Source of the DNA: Lama glama
Lineage: Eukaryota
Length of the DNA stretch: 64,000 bases
Direction: 5' to 3'
Assembly: GCA_028534125.1 (NCBI GenBank)
Contig: CM052816.1
Span: 50,780,001-50,844,000 of the forward strand
Part shown: one piece after another, positions 1-12,630 of the stretch
Position numbering within the stretch: position 1 is the stretch's first letter
Layout: every line of letters begins with the position of its first letter
Position numbers and translations under genes: made by a program
Notes under the pieces: model-generated
The model's input: the letters and a program-made list of their open reading frames with translations, nothing else
What the model was told of the DNA's origin: nothing
The model's database searches: none

Positions 1-2719
1 GTAAAACCATTCTGGGATAGGAAGCAGAGACCTGAGTCTACAGAAATCCTGTTTTAATTATGTTCTATCCAGGTCCTGGAGTCTGGTCACTGAGTGGACT
101 GGATAACAAAGGATTACTATGTTCATGCATCACAAGCATGGGAAAGATCATAAATTATCTTGATGACTCATTTCCTCTAGTCACTCTAGCACCTCCAATA
201 TGGGGAAAACTTTTCTGTCGTGTTTCTTTAAACTTCTGAGATCTAAATAGGGGGAAGAACCTGAAATTAAGTTTGTTCAATTATTATTTAACACGTATAT
301 AAAGCTTAAACTCTCTTAGAACAATTGTAATAACCAATTGATCACAAAGGCCATACTTAAGGTGACATATTCCAAATGTCATTTTGCAGAGGAGTGGCTG
401 GTGATCCAGAGGATGTTTATTTCATTGTAAGTCACCCAGGATGCTCCCCATATACGTGCTGAGTATACAAGGCTGTGTAACAAAGGCCCCCTGTTCTTCA
501 GAAGAAGATTGAAAAGAAAGTAGAAGGGGAGAGTCTCTTTTATTTATGGATGATTTCTTCTATCAGATTCTCTGAAATGCAATTCAAAGCCTTAAAAGAT
601 GATGTCATTTCTAGAGCCCTCCGTGCCTATGCCAAATTGACCCACAAAACTTTTTTATTCATGTGCATGTTCATTAAAGACAAACGACTTTATTTTGTTC
701 TTTAGTTTCTTATCTATTAGTACATTTTTTAGGTAGTTTTTCTTTTTAAGCATTTAGGATAGTCCTAAACAAATAAATGCTGAATGATTAGTTCTGAATT
801 ACCTACTGTAAACGTCTCCTGGAAATTTGCCTGTGGATTACTGCTCTGTGGCTGCTAATTGTCTCACTTCCTTGCCTTTGTTCTCATTCCAGGATCCTTT
901 GGCATCTACTTAACTTCATTGTTCTCATTTTTCACTTTTTCATGTAGGCTGAGCTAATTAACTGCAGCATTGGAAGTAGCACAGATATTAATTCTGTACA
1001 ATGCTTTGAAATATACTTCAAATGATATTATGTATTTATGGATAAAAATTTCATTTTATACATTTTCTTCTGATTCTTCACTTTGAAGAGAGGGAACGCA
1101 ATCATTCTCAGGAACCTAAACTACGGCTCACTCACTTTGCTAATAAATAATTCCATGAATTTCACATCTCTCGTTGCCAAAACTTTGGATGTTATAGACA
1201 CGTTTTTCATTAAAGAGCCTACTTTTTATTGTTGGAGTGTATTTCCTGTTTTCCCTTTTCTCAGTTCCCACACCCTGCTTCAGGACTAGCCTCCAGTGAT
1301 GGATTTACAGAGGGACCTGTTAACAAGGGCAGTAACCACAATCTCCCCCCAGCTACCGCCTGTCAGCGCTCCCACCCAAGTGGATGAAGTCCCTGGGTGG
1401 CTCCTTTTCTCACTTCTTTGCTTTTCTCTTTAGCACCCAGAGCCGTTTTTTGTGTGTGGGGACATCTCACATGAGGACATACTCGATTCTCAAATGAACC
1501 TTAGGGCACCTTGAAATTTGCCTCCCACCACGAAGATTTAGCGAAAATGAAAGAAAACAGAATTTCTACATCTTAGTCTCCCTGAATTTGGAAGCCAAAG
1601 ATATACTTTCTGCTGTTGTTAGAGATGGACTGAGGAGAATCCTACTTGGAACAGCCAGATGCCGAATGAAGAATGTGAAGGCATGCTGGATAAAAATTAC
1701 CTTTTGGGAGATGAGTCCAAAGACTCCAGACTGCCTTCGAGATCATTGTCTTTGTTGGAGACAGATGTAAACTTAACAGATACAGGCTAGTGGGCGAGGT
1801 TTTGTAACAAGCTTGGTATTATTAATACTGAGGGTTATTAGTGCGGCTTCAAATACTCAGTCCTTTAGCACCTGTCTCTTGCCCATTTTTCCTTCTTTAT
1901 GTGACTTGATCTCAGTCTGTCTAAATCAATCAATCTTCACCCACCCCCGCCTCTCTTTTTCAATAGACCTTAAATAATTCAGAACAGAGTGTAACATGGA
2001 ATCCCATTATCTTCGACAATTTTTCTTCACCATTTCGTGGCAGGTCTTTAGCGGAGTAAAGAGTAGTGAGGGCCAATTTAAACAGTAAATTATTACTTTC
2101 ATCAGTCATATTCCGAAATAGTCCTAAAGGCAAAAATCAACTCATTCCCCACCTAGCTTGCTTGTGTCATGAAATTGACTAGAGAGATGAACTCTGAGGA
2201 GAATCCTCTAATAATTCAAGGTTGCTCCATCAAATAAATTTGCTAATCATGTTTAAAGATCAGCCCAGGCTCTCAAATGACAGAACATAAGAATTGGTGA
2301 CGAAGTTTTTTTTTTTTTTAAATTTGATTATCTATCAAACATTGTAATAACCCCTGAGAATTACAATCTTTACCTAACATTGTGTTTTAAATACTTGGTG
2401 GACATCTTTGTTCATTACTGTATTGATATGATTTCTTACAAATTCACTTTTCTATGGGAAAGAAATAATTTCTTTAAATCCTCAGAAGTCATAATAGGTT
2501 TTCAAATATATAATGGCTTGTCAGGAAAAAAAGATTACTAATAATCTAGGATTAAAGTGTCTAATAATAGAAGGCAGAGTTAGAAAATACTTTTAAAAAG
2601 GGAGCTGCTCCAAAATGTAGAGTAATGAGCACCTTATAACTAAATATATTATAGCCAAAGATAAATGACTACCAGGCATAGTATAGTTTATTCTCACACT
2701 GTTTGAGAGGCTGTATTAG

Positions 2720-3265
2720 AAAATACCTACTCAGTTTATTTAACATGATCTGACAGTTTCCAAATCCTTGCCATTTACAACTTCTTAAAATGCAAGCTAG
2801 GTCACTCTTAAAATGCAACGTCCAAAGTTTTGTATAATATTGCAGATAGGCTCTGGTGAGGGCAGAATACAAGATAACTAACGTACAAATGACCTTTCAA
2901 TAATGTAGCCCAAAATTATGTTAGATTTTTTTCATAGCTAAACCATATTGCTCATTCTTAGTGAACACCTGATAAAGTAAAATCCCCAGGTTTTTAGTCC
3001 TGTGCATTCAAAGAAACCCTGCCTCCTTTATCCTGTTCTTGCATAATTTGATTTTTAAATCCTGAATGTAAGTTTTCATATTTATTGTGGATAAATTCTG
3101 TATTGTTGATTCTAGTGTCAAGATAATTTTTCATCTCAAATTAGTTTAATGCATTAAGTATTTCTCCCAGCTTTGTGTCATTTTAAAATGTGAAAAAAAA
3201 TACATTTTCTACATCTTCCAAATTGCTGATAACAGTTGAATAGAATTGAATCTAGTGACACTGAT
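2720..3265 (-). mobile_element. L3 (CR1-type LINE) fragment, reverse-transcriptase region
   Basis: Motifs 'tcccagctttgtgtcatttt', 'atcttccaaattgctgataa', 'atcctgttcttgcataatttgatttttt' and 'taatgtagcccaaaatt' follow the order of the antisense L3/CR1 consensus (recalled). Confidence 0.75.
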
Positions 3266-6200
3266 GGAGTCTTTCCAGAGGAGATTTTTTTTTTTAATCA
3301 CTGTACTCCATAAAGCAAATTCTCTTAAAAAAAAAAGTACAGTTTTTTCAAGAAAATATTTTTCCTTTAATCCCTGAAAAAAACTCCTTATCCACCTTGG
3401 AACAAGAGCCTAAAAAATAGTAACATACAATTGATGTGAGGATTTCCTACCGAGTGATTTTTAAGTTATTTTGGCTGAAAAATTTAAGAACTCAGATAGG
3501 GACCTCCTACTTGCTCTAGGTTAATCAATAACCTTTGATTTTGCAAAAACATCTGTGACTGTTAAGAGTGAATTGAAATACATTAGAAATGGCATTACCG
3601 GGTGATGGCAAGGCTGCGAACCAGAGGTTACCACCGGCTTCCCCAGGCAATAGGCACACCTTTTGGTCCCTTTGAAAGCCCTTCACATCTGGCTGGTGCT
3701 GAATGAATCTACTGTCAAACCATGACTGCTGTGGTACCTGGTTTCTTATGAATTAATTACACGTTCAGAACAGAGGACTTAGGGGTGTCTGGGGACTCGT
3801 GGCACAGTTCACACGGCCTCCGTTAAACAAAGGAGGCTCTGTCTTTCCTTATGCTCCTGCTCTTAACGAGGAAGTGAGTTTGATTACTGGCCACATTAGG
3901 GATCCCTTATTTAACAGAGCCAGTGGTGATTGGATCACAATGTTTTTCGAAAAAGTATCTTGTGTGTTAGCCATAAGGGAGGTTAGCTTTGTTCTATTTG
4001 GCTTTCAAATATGGTTCTTATCACTGACTAGCCTCAGAGAAAGAAAAACAGCACGACTGTGCATGTGTGTGTGTATGTCATTAATCACAAGAAGTGGGAG
4101 AGAGGCAGAAGTTCTCACTGGACAGGAGAACTGGAGGCAAACTAACCAGTATCCAAAGGTAAGGACTGTATTTGCTTGCAGTTTTTACCTCTCGCTAGGA
4201 ATTTATATTTGCAAGATAGGTGGAAATTTGTGCAGTCTGAAGGGACAACTTTGGTTGACAGTGGAATGCTCCGTAATCACAGCACATCTCAGAGGTTGCA
4301 ACCCAGAACCCGAGTGGAAGAAACTGAGGATTTTCAAAACAATTAACATCATGTTTAAGAGGTTCTTGAGTAACAGTGGTTCTTTGGTCAAGTCCCTTTC
4401 TAAAATCAGTCTAAAGTAGCAAAACCACCAAAGAAAGTCAGCATGATTGGATACCGGCACAGGATCTGGGACTTGGAATTTAGATAGTGTTTATTTTCTG
4501 TTATAGTCAGTCTGGACTGTGTTGTCTAACCATCTATATGCATGTGTGTACTGTGCAGGATATTAACAGCACAAAGGAGAAGCGGGCACTAAAAAGATGG
4601 CCAAGCAAGATCATATAAAAAGTAGGAATAAATACAACAACTAAACCAGCTGGCCGTGTGAGGCCATTTCTTTCCGAAGGCACTCAGGACTCACCAGTAC
4701 CTCTTCAACTGCCAAGACTGAATGAGAGAACTTAGCCTGTTCCCCACTCCTCAGCTGTCAGAAACGCTCTCAGAGAAGAAAAACATCCAGAGGCAAAGAA
4801 TTAATGGGATGGAAGAGATGGGGGAGGGGGTAAAATGCCGGAGGGAAGTCTTGCATGTTAAAGCTTCTTTCTTTGGTGAACTTAATTATGCTGGCTGAGT
4901 TCTTTCTAGAAGTAAACTTGTATGCATTTGATTCAAGCACTAGGAATCAAGAAGGAAATTTACCCAGAAAAAATATTAAAAAAATTTGGGGAGTATTTAT
5001 TGAATGGTTTTTAAAAGTTTGAGAAACTGAGACAGAGAATAAGAAACTGCCCAGAAAATTACTTTCCTTCTTTACAAAAAATACCATATTATGAAACAGA
5101 GATTGATGCACTTGGAATCTTGACTGTGACCACACAGGACACCAGTAATTGACCAATAACAGTGACAGCAGCTGCTGTTTACTGTTCTGCTGCTTTTCTC
5201 TACTCTTCTTTCCTTCTGAAATTAATGACCAAACAAAAAACCTCCGACTTCACAAAGATTTTTCATAAATTCTCATAGTCACATGTTAATGAGAAAATCA
5301 ACAAGCAATAATAAAAAGGAAGTTCATGGGTGCATTTGTTTTCATGGGGCTTTGTAGGTGATGCTGTGTTAGTTGTACAGCTAAGCTGTCTGTGTCAACA
5401 CGTGGGGAAACGGCCAACGGATGGAGGTGAATTCAAAGGCTGTTCTTCTAGAGTCTAGAATTCTAAATGGACTTGGAAGCAGAACGAGTCTAAGTAACTT
5501 GGAAAAATAAAGACAATCAATCTAAAATAAATGGGAAGAGGGCTCTTATGTGTAATTATCACTTTTTATTTTTGCAGTGTTTCCTAAGTAACTACACCAG
5601 TTCACTTCAGCAGTTAAGTACTGAAGCTTAGTGCCCAGCTCTGTTGGAGTTGTATTATTTCAATCACCTAATCTACTGAGATGTCCCTTTGCCAAGAGAC
5701 CAGCGGGACCCTTGAAAGCAATTTTGGATCACACCCAAAAATCTAGAGGATCTGGCATTTTCTTTTCAATTGCCAAGCAAACTGAATTATAAGGGAAGGA
5801 GATGGGTAAGGGTCAAGGAAGTGGTACAATTTGTAGACTGGAATACATTCTTTCTCCTTATAGAGACAAAATTGGCATTTATATATTGAAGTGAGAATTT
5901 AGAATGAAACAAATAGAAAAAAGTTTCTAAATTTTTTAAGGATAGGTCAAATTATAAGCTAAGTTTTCAGAAAAATAAAGGTGTCAGATGGTACGTTATA
6001 TCAGCAAAGCACAAAGTTAGTGGCAGTTTCTGGTTGTCTCAATCCCCCAGGAGGCTGGAAATGCATGCTGGATTTTAGCCTGAATTAGTCTCCTCTTTTG
6101 GCTCCATAGGGAGGAAAACTATTTGGCATCTGTTCCAATTCAGTGTTGGAAACTGCACTTTCAAATACCACTTGTATATGTTCACACACTTGCTACTGTG

Positions 6201-7269
6201 AAAAACAACTTTAGAAGACATGGTCCTTTATTTTATGCATTTTACTATGGTTTATTATAATAATGTTGGAATTGTAGAGGATCAATATCTAGCATCCTTC
6301 CCTTTGCTACCTGAATTCTGAACCAGAATTGGGAGACAAAACCAAGAGTCAGATAGATGAAGATCAAAGTATTGCTTTTGTTACTGATAAACTGGACAAT
6401 GTGACTTTAGATCGGCAGCCAAGATGGCTTGTTATTTTATATTCCAGCATTAAACAGACATCCCCAACAGTTTCTGACAAAGCCAGGCATCTGCAGGTTT
6501 CCTGTGAAGTGGAGGCTCCAGAGAGCGTAGCAAAGCACAGAGCTGGTCTGATGAGCCAACCCAGAAGATCTTAGCCTCCTGTGCCCAGTCTCTCCTCCTC
6601 CCCTGGGCAGGAGTGAGTGAGGGGCAGAGAGAGGCCAGCAGTGTTAATCCTCAATTCCTCCACATGGAATGATGATGCCTGGCGGAAAGGTGATCCCACA
6701 ACAGAAATAATAATCTTATTTCTATAGCGCTTTCAGATTCCTATTTATTATCACAGTTTGCACAGGGAAGGAGGTCTCCACAACTGAAAAAAGACTGATT
6801 TTGAGAGGAAAACAAAAATGGCACTGTGCAGATGTGAAATAGATTTACCTTGTTTCATGCGCTAGTGTATTACATGTGTGTCTCATTAATTTGTTTTTCT
6901 AAGAAAATATAGGTCTCAACTAAATTTCCTTTGTTGCTCTAATTATCTAAAAACAAATAAAAATTATTTTTAATTTTATTTTCAGAAGTTGATATTACAA
7001 TGTTCAGCAATAATACATTTGATAACATTTTCAGTCTTCTTACCTAGATTGCAAAATAGATTGAATTTGTCTAACTCATAAAGAAGGCAGTATGTCATGT
7101 TCATGATCTTCTTAAATTCAAAAGCCTCATTTTTTTTTCTTTTTCTCCCTCTTCCCAAGTACAAAGAACTTAGAATATGAAAGGATGTTTTTTCTAGAAC
7201 CAGGTTCTCAAGAATGTCATTTTCTAGAATGCTTAGCTGTCAATACAAAGGACAGATAAGGACTTGTCA

Positions 7270-7535
7270 GAGACTAGGGCTCAAGGATGTTAGTAGATGT
7301 CATCTGTCCCCATAGGGAAGGCTACAGCAGGGGTTGGACAATGTAGTCACCATGGGAAAAGCAACAGAACCAAGGGATGGGTAGAGAGAGGGCCCCAGCA
7401 ACACCATCAGTGTTTCCAGTTCTAGCAATGAATTAAGCCAGCTCCCTCCTTGACTTTCTAGTTTTGTGGGCCAATAAATGACCTCTAGGTGAAAATGAGT
7501 TGTTTTCAGTTACATGCAGCCCAGGAAGTTATGGA
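7270..7535 (+). mobile_element. MLT1 (J/K/L-like) MaLR LTR fragment
   Basis: 3' LTR signature 'gactttctagttttgtgggccaataaat...gagttgttttcagttacatgcagccc'. Confidence 0.6.
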
Positions 7536-7829
7536 AAATGCAAGGCTTGCCTCCCCCTACAGATCTCAGATTAGGCTGTAAAATGTAACAAGACTTAATA
7601 AAGGCTCCAAGTTAATGGGAGAGAATGAGAACACAGAGACATAAAACTGACTCCTAAGAATGATCCTAATCAAAGTAGCTACCTTCACAGGAGAAAGCCA
7701 GAGCGTACAAGCCCAGAATGATACTCTCCCTACTTGGAAAGTAATTCTCTAAAAAGAAAAGAGGCTGTAGAAATTTGACTTTGTCTAAAGAACTTGTCAG
7801 TTGTGTCTATACCTAGCTATGTGTTCAAA

Positions 7830-7985
7830 GATCTAAGAAACTTTTTTTAATTTTTATTTTTACACTATTTCCTGGGTCCTACCCTAGACCTGCTAATATG
7901 AACCTTTGGAATTGGGCTTGGAGATCTGAAAATTTATAAAGTTTACCATATGATACAGATACTGTATTTTGGGACCTTTTTCTCT
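7830..7985. mobile_element. MER5-like hAT-Charlie MITE fragment
   Basis: 'ttcctgggtcctaccctagacctgctaatatgaacc...gggcttggagatctg...ataaagttt' resembles the MER5 core. Confidence 0.5.
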
Positions 7986-8682
7986 ACCAGCCAGCTTGGT
8001 AAAAAGGAAGTTTCTCCCAAACATGGCTTAGGAGCAGAAGGTCTCTTTTTCCTTCAATATCTTGTTCCATCATTGCCTTTTTCTTATGCAGTTGGTCTCT
8101 GAGATACTTACCAAATCCCAATGTACACATATACTCTCTTTGCTGGAGTAAGTTGTTATTTTTGTCTTACCTTTTTTTTTTTTTAACTAGTAACTGTTTA
8201 TTGTGTGAAAATGAAAAGAAGAGCATAAGATCAAAACCAGACTAGGGAAGACTCACTAGAAGCTACCTCAACTGAGCTTGTCTAGTACAACTAAGGAAAG
8301 TATCACTCCCAGAACACAGCGTGAGAAAGAATTTCTGCATATTTTTAAGTGATTTCAGCTGAAATGTACAGTGTGGGCAATAGACGATGAGGAGATAGGA
8401 AGCCAAAAAAACCATTAAATTCAGTACAAAAGAAAACCCCTCTGATATGCATAAAGACAAATGCGCTTGGTATGGATTCAATACTACTACTAACATCCAA
8501 AGGGAATACTTAAGAATGTCTAAGATTTTAGCTTCCTGCATCTTTAAACCAGTTATGCATGTCCTATGTTAGTGATCCAAAGGCACCTTTGGCTAAATGT
8601 AATATTAATCATAAAATACAGAAGTATTCCTTGAATCAAGATTCATTCAGGTAAAAGAATGTTGCCGTCGGTAAGACGTTGT

Positions 8683-8756
8683 TGACGTCATGACACAAGA
8701 AGGTTGATCCTCTTCTAGACAAAATGCTAATGGATTGGAGATGTTGTTTGTCCAAT
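8683..8756. promoter_or_regulatory. Candidate promoter/enhancer: palindromic CRE plus two CCAAT boxes
   Basis: TGACGTCA at 8683-8690, ATTGG at 8734-8738, CCAAT at 8752-8756; local CpG cluster in unique sequence. Motif evidence only. Confidence 0.3.
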
Positions 8757-9235
8757 AGGGTATGAATATACCACAACACAACACAAATAGCATGCAATTA
8801 CTTTAAGCGTATTTTGGACAAAAGTCAAAAATTTCCCCCAAGACCATTTTTATCACATTAAAAAAAAAAAAGATGGCCTTATTTTAATTTTCAGATGACA
8901 TAGAAATTATATTATTCCAGAGTATATTGGTGTCATAGAATGACAGAAATCAGAGTGTGTGGTAAAAAAGAAACTTAGATGAATTAGAAGTTGAAAACAG
9001 GAACCTTAGAAGTACTCATAATCAAAGAATGTGTGTGAGTGTCTGTGTGTGTGTGTGTGCATGCAGACATGTGCAAGTCTATGTCACATCATCAAACTCA
9101 TCTTTCTGGAAATGTTGTTTTTCCATTTTAGACAACTAGAAAATTTCTTGGGGGCTAGCCAGACAACCAAATGTAAATGTTGCTGGAATACTGAAAGTAG
9201 GTTAGAGTGGTTATTATAGCCTTTTGCATCACAAC

Positions 9236-9852
9236 TATAATGTTTTGTAAAGCCTTAACTTGGCTAGGCTGAAATACATTTCTCAGAATTGCCTTTCCTG
9301 TACATTTCCCATTAGGGTGGACCACATGAGAGATTCTTCAATGGGATTTGGAGACTGCAACTTCCCCCTTTCCCTGGATCTCCTTTGGCTTCTCTGATTC
9401 TTGGGCCAGGTGTCTATGTTTAGTTTCATGACAAATGGCCCCCAGCTTCCGTGGGACGCACACCACCAGGTTCAGAGACAATGAGAACTGACGTGTGTGT
9501 CCTCGCTGTCCTCATACATTCCAGCTTGTGCTTGTGACTTCCACCTTGCTCTTGCTCTTCCCCCTTGCCCTTCCTGCTACCTGCCCTGCAGACCTCAGAT
9601 GCAAAGACAATGGTGTTTGATATAGAGACTGCTTAACCAGTTCTCATGATTGTGTAAGATCAGAATGCTATAAAAATCTGTATTAATATCTCTGTCACTG
9701 ATATTTATAATTATACATGATATAGCTATAGATTTATCTACCTACCTATCTACCTACCTTACCTATCTACCTACCTGTCTCTTTCTATCTTTCTCACCTT
9801 AGCATCAATATTCCCTAGTGGTTCTACTTCTCTGATTGAACCCTGACTGACA
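9236..9852 (+). mobile_element. MLT2 (E/F-like) ERVL solo LTR with internal (CTAC/CTAT)n
   Basis: Starts '...taacttggctaggctgaaatacatttctcagaattgcc', ends 'ctagtggttctacttctctgattgaaccctgactgaca', both typical MLT2 termini. Confidence 0.8.
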
Positions 9853-9935
9853 AAATATAAGAGCTATACTTAGAGCTATAGGACTAAGGACTTACATAAC
9901 TTCCCATGTCAAGCTCTATAAAGCCAAACTTGTCT

Positions 9936-10013
9936 ACACACACACACACACACACCCCATCATCAACATCTTTTGAACACACACACACACACACCATCAA
10001 CAACATCTTCTGA
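9936..10013. repeat. Two (CA)n tracts forming an imperfect ~40-bp tandem duplication
   Basis: (AC)n-ccatcatcaacatcttttga followed by (AC)n-catcaacaacatcttctga. Confidence 0.85.
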
Positions 10014-10147
10014 GCAGGTTTTTTAAGTAGAGAGAAAGGTCTTGAGAACTTATACATTTCATGTACTCCCTTACCTTACTGAATGAGAAATGGAAATGCT
10101 CTATTGCATTGGGTTAATTTTAATATATATAACTCACATAAAAATCA

Positions 10148-10610
10148 TATTTGGAAAAGTATCTATTAAACTCAGAATCTCTTTGACACAATAATGCAAC
10201 TTCTGTGCATCTATTCTACATAATTAAAAAATACCATTACTCTGCTTCTATATACACATATGTCCTTCCATATGTTCAATCTTGTAAAGGGTCTGTTTGG
10301 ATCAGTTGTGGGACATTCATACTATAATTTATTATGCAATTACTAAAAAGAATGTTTGCAAAGCAATATGTATGCTATGGTCCTATGCTTGTAAAAAATA
10401 ATAGAGGGAAAGATCTTGTGAGAATGTGTTTATATATATTTGTAAAGAGCATAGGAAAAGGTGGGTCATCATCATCATCACATGCCGCTGATAACACTGT
10501 TAACTGGAATGGAGTGGGTTTTGCAGAAAAAGGAGATATTAACATTTTGTTTATGCAATATCTCTGTATTGTTTGAATTATTACAAAAAACATGCATTAT
10601 TTTTATGTTT
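10148..10610 (+). mobile_element. Old L1ME-type 3' end fragment
   Basis: 'tttggaaaagtatctattaaa...tttgacacaataatgcaacttctgtgcatctattcta' and terminal 'ctgtattgtttgaatt...catgcattatttt'. Confidence 0.6.
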
Positions 10611-11789
10611 TTCCCCATCCTCTCCAAAGTCTACAAGCTGACTTCGGGAAGCAATGATTTTGCTGTGGTCTTTGTTCTTTCAATAGGTAAAGGAAAGAAA
10701 ACATTCTATGTGACTGCTCCCATGCTCCCTGCACCTAGCTAGTTGGCTGGTGTGGTCTTAGTTAGTTGGCATGGATGTGGTGCATCAATGAGGAAGATTA
10801 CTTCAGATCCCAAGCTGGACCCCTGACAATTACCTCAATTAGGTCATCCCCTATCTTCTCTATCATTTGAACTTCAATTTCTCCAACTCCCTGTTCAAGA
10901 TCTGTTTCTCATTGTCAATACAACTAAGGTCCAGGAATGGGCTACAGTTCTTGGAATTCAGCCCAGGTGCAAAAATCTTATTCTGGCTCATTCCTCATTC
11001 CTTTTGTATGTATGCTCTTTAGACAGACTCAGAAGTATCTCATTGATTATTTAGAAAGAATTGTCCTTGTCTTATTTTAACTTGCAACCTATTATCAATC
11101 AACTGTCAACCAAGAAACATCTTGAGAGCCTAGTTAAATACCTACAAGAAAGCACTTATTTACTATAGTCACAATCAGATTTGCCTTAATATTGTTAAGA
11201 TGTTATTTAATCTAGAAAACAATCTATCTTTGAATCATACAGCCTCACAGACTTCTATATCCAAAGCTGCTTATCAGCAATACAGTAATAGGATAGTCTG
11301 CAATGGAGTTCTAATGAGTTAGCATAAGAACCTCACTCCTTAAGAGAGTGATTACGTATGAACTGCTGAAAAATAAGGTAGCAGATATTACTATTTCTCT
11401 TCCTTCCTCAGTTGCTTCAAAGGACAATCAGGAGCTTCAGTGGTTTTCAGCTTTCTTTCATTTCTGAATGAATTTTTTGGAGGGTTTACTGTTTATTTCC
11501 CTGAACCGAAGCAAAAAGTACCAGTAGCCACAACTAGGTTGCTCAGAGGAAGATTTCATGCTCCTCAGGAGTGTGGCTTCCAAGCTGTACCAGAAGACGT
11601 CCTTCTGCCTTAAATAGTCTTATGATTGGCCAAAAGTCAGCCAACACCAATTTGTTACCTATTGTAGAAACCTGTAACTTAACATCATAGAATATTCTTT
11701 ATTGCTATTCTGGAAAGAAGGTATCTAAAGAAAACACCAATTTTTTAAGAAATCTATTCATGAAAATGATATGATTACTACATAAATGA

Positions 11790-12274
11790 TTCCAAAAATT
11801 GCATTTAGCCACCATTAACAGAAATCTACAATTCAGGGATAACAATGAATCTGAAGGTTAGAAGTCTAGATTAGTAGGGCAGCTTCATGACGTCAGTAGG
11901 AACTCAGGGTCCTTTTGTTTTTTACTCAGCCATCCTTTCCTGTTCTCTTTCCCTCATGGTTACAAGATGGCTTCTCTTCCACCACGCTCTCATTCAGCCC
12001 CTTAGTTTCCACCCTAACTCCCACCAGGCATCAAGACTATGTTGTAGGCAAGGAATAGGAAGAACAAACCAGCCACCAAATGTGCTATCTGGGTTAGCCA
12101 GGTATAGACAGCTCAAATCCCATTGGCCAGAGATGTGTCATATGCACATTCCAAGCAACAAGGGAGCTGAAAAATGTAGTTTCACCACTCCTTCCCCCCC
12201 ATCCAGAAATGCAAGGTCCTTGTAATAGAAAAGGAGAATGGATATTAGATTGATAATTCATAGTCTCTACCACA
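11790..12274 (-). mobile_element. MLT1J-like MaLR LTR
   Basis: 'ctcatggttacaagatggct', 'cattggccagagatgtgtcatatg' and the end 'ggagaatggatattagattg...tctctaccaca' match antisense MLT1J. Confidence 0.8.
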
Positions 12275-12469
12275 ATAAGCAATCTAGAATGAAGCTTTTT
12301 TCCTTCTTAAAAGTCAAACTGCTCTCCTCTAGGAATTTCCAAGATATAACTGAATAAACAAACAAAATATATTTACATTTATTTCAACAGTATTTCTAAC
12401 AGTAGAATTTGATTGCTTAGAGTGGTATGTTCAGTTATTGTTTTTAAAAAATGATATTCCAATATTTAT

Positions 12470-12630
12470 ATTTATATTTATGCAAAGAAAAAGTACTTAC
12501 ATACATAAAATGTTAATTAGCCATTTTAGCTTCTGTTAGTAGTAATAAGGATACTTCATATTTTATACGATTCACTTTTTAGTGCATTCTGACATTTTTG
12601 CAATGAGCATGTATTACTTTTCTTATGAAA
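12470..12630 (+). mobile_element. L1ME4-like 3' end fragment
   Basis: 'aaaatgttaa...ttttgcaatgagcatgtattactttt' is a typical old L1 terminus. Confidence 0.5.

Noticed and set aside
3799..4419. Longest clean ORF (206 aa)
   Set aside because: GTG start, no recognisable domain, crosses a TG-rich stretch and a splice donor; compatible with a chance ORF in eukaryotic DNA
11888..11895. Second TGACGTCA palindrome
   Set aside because: Lies inside an MLT1J LTR with no supporting motifs
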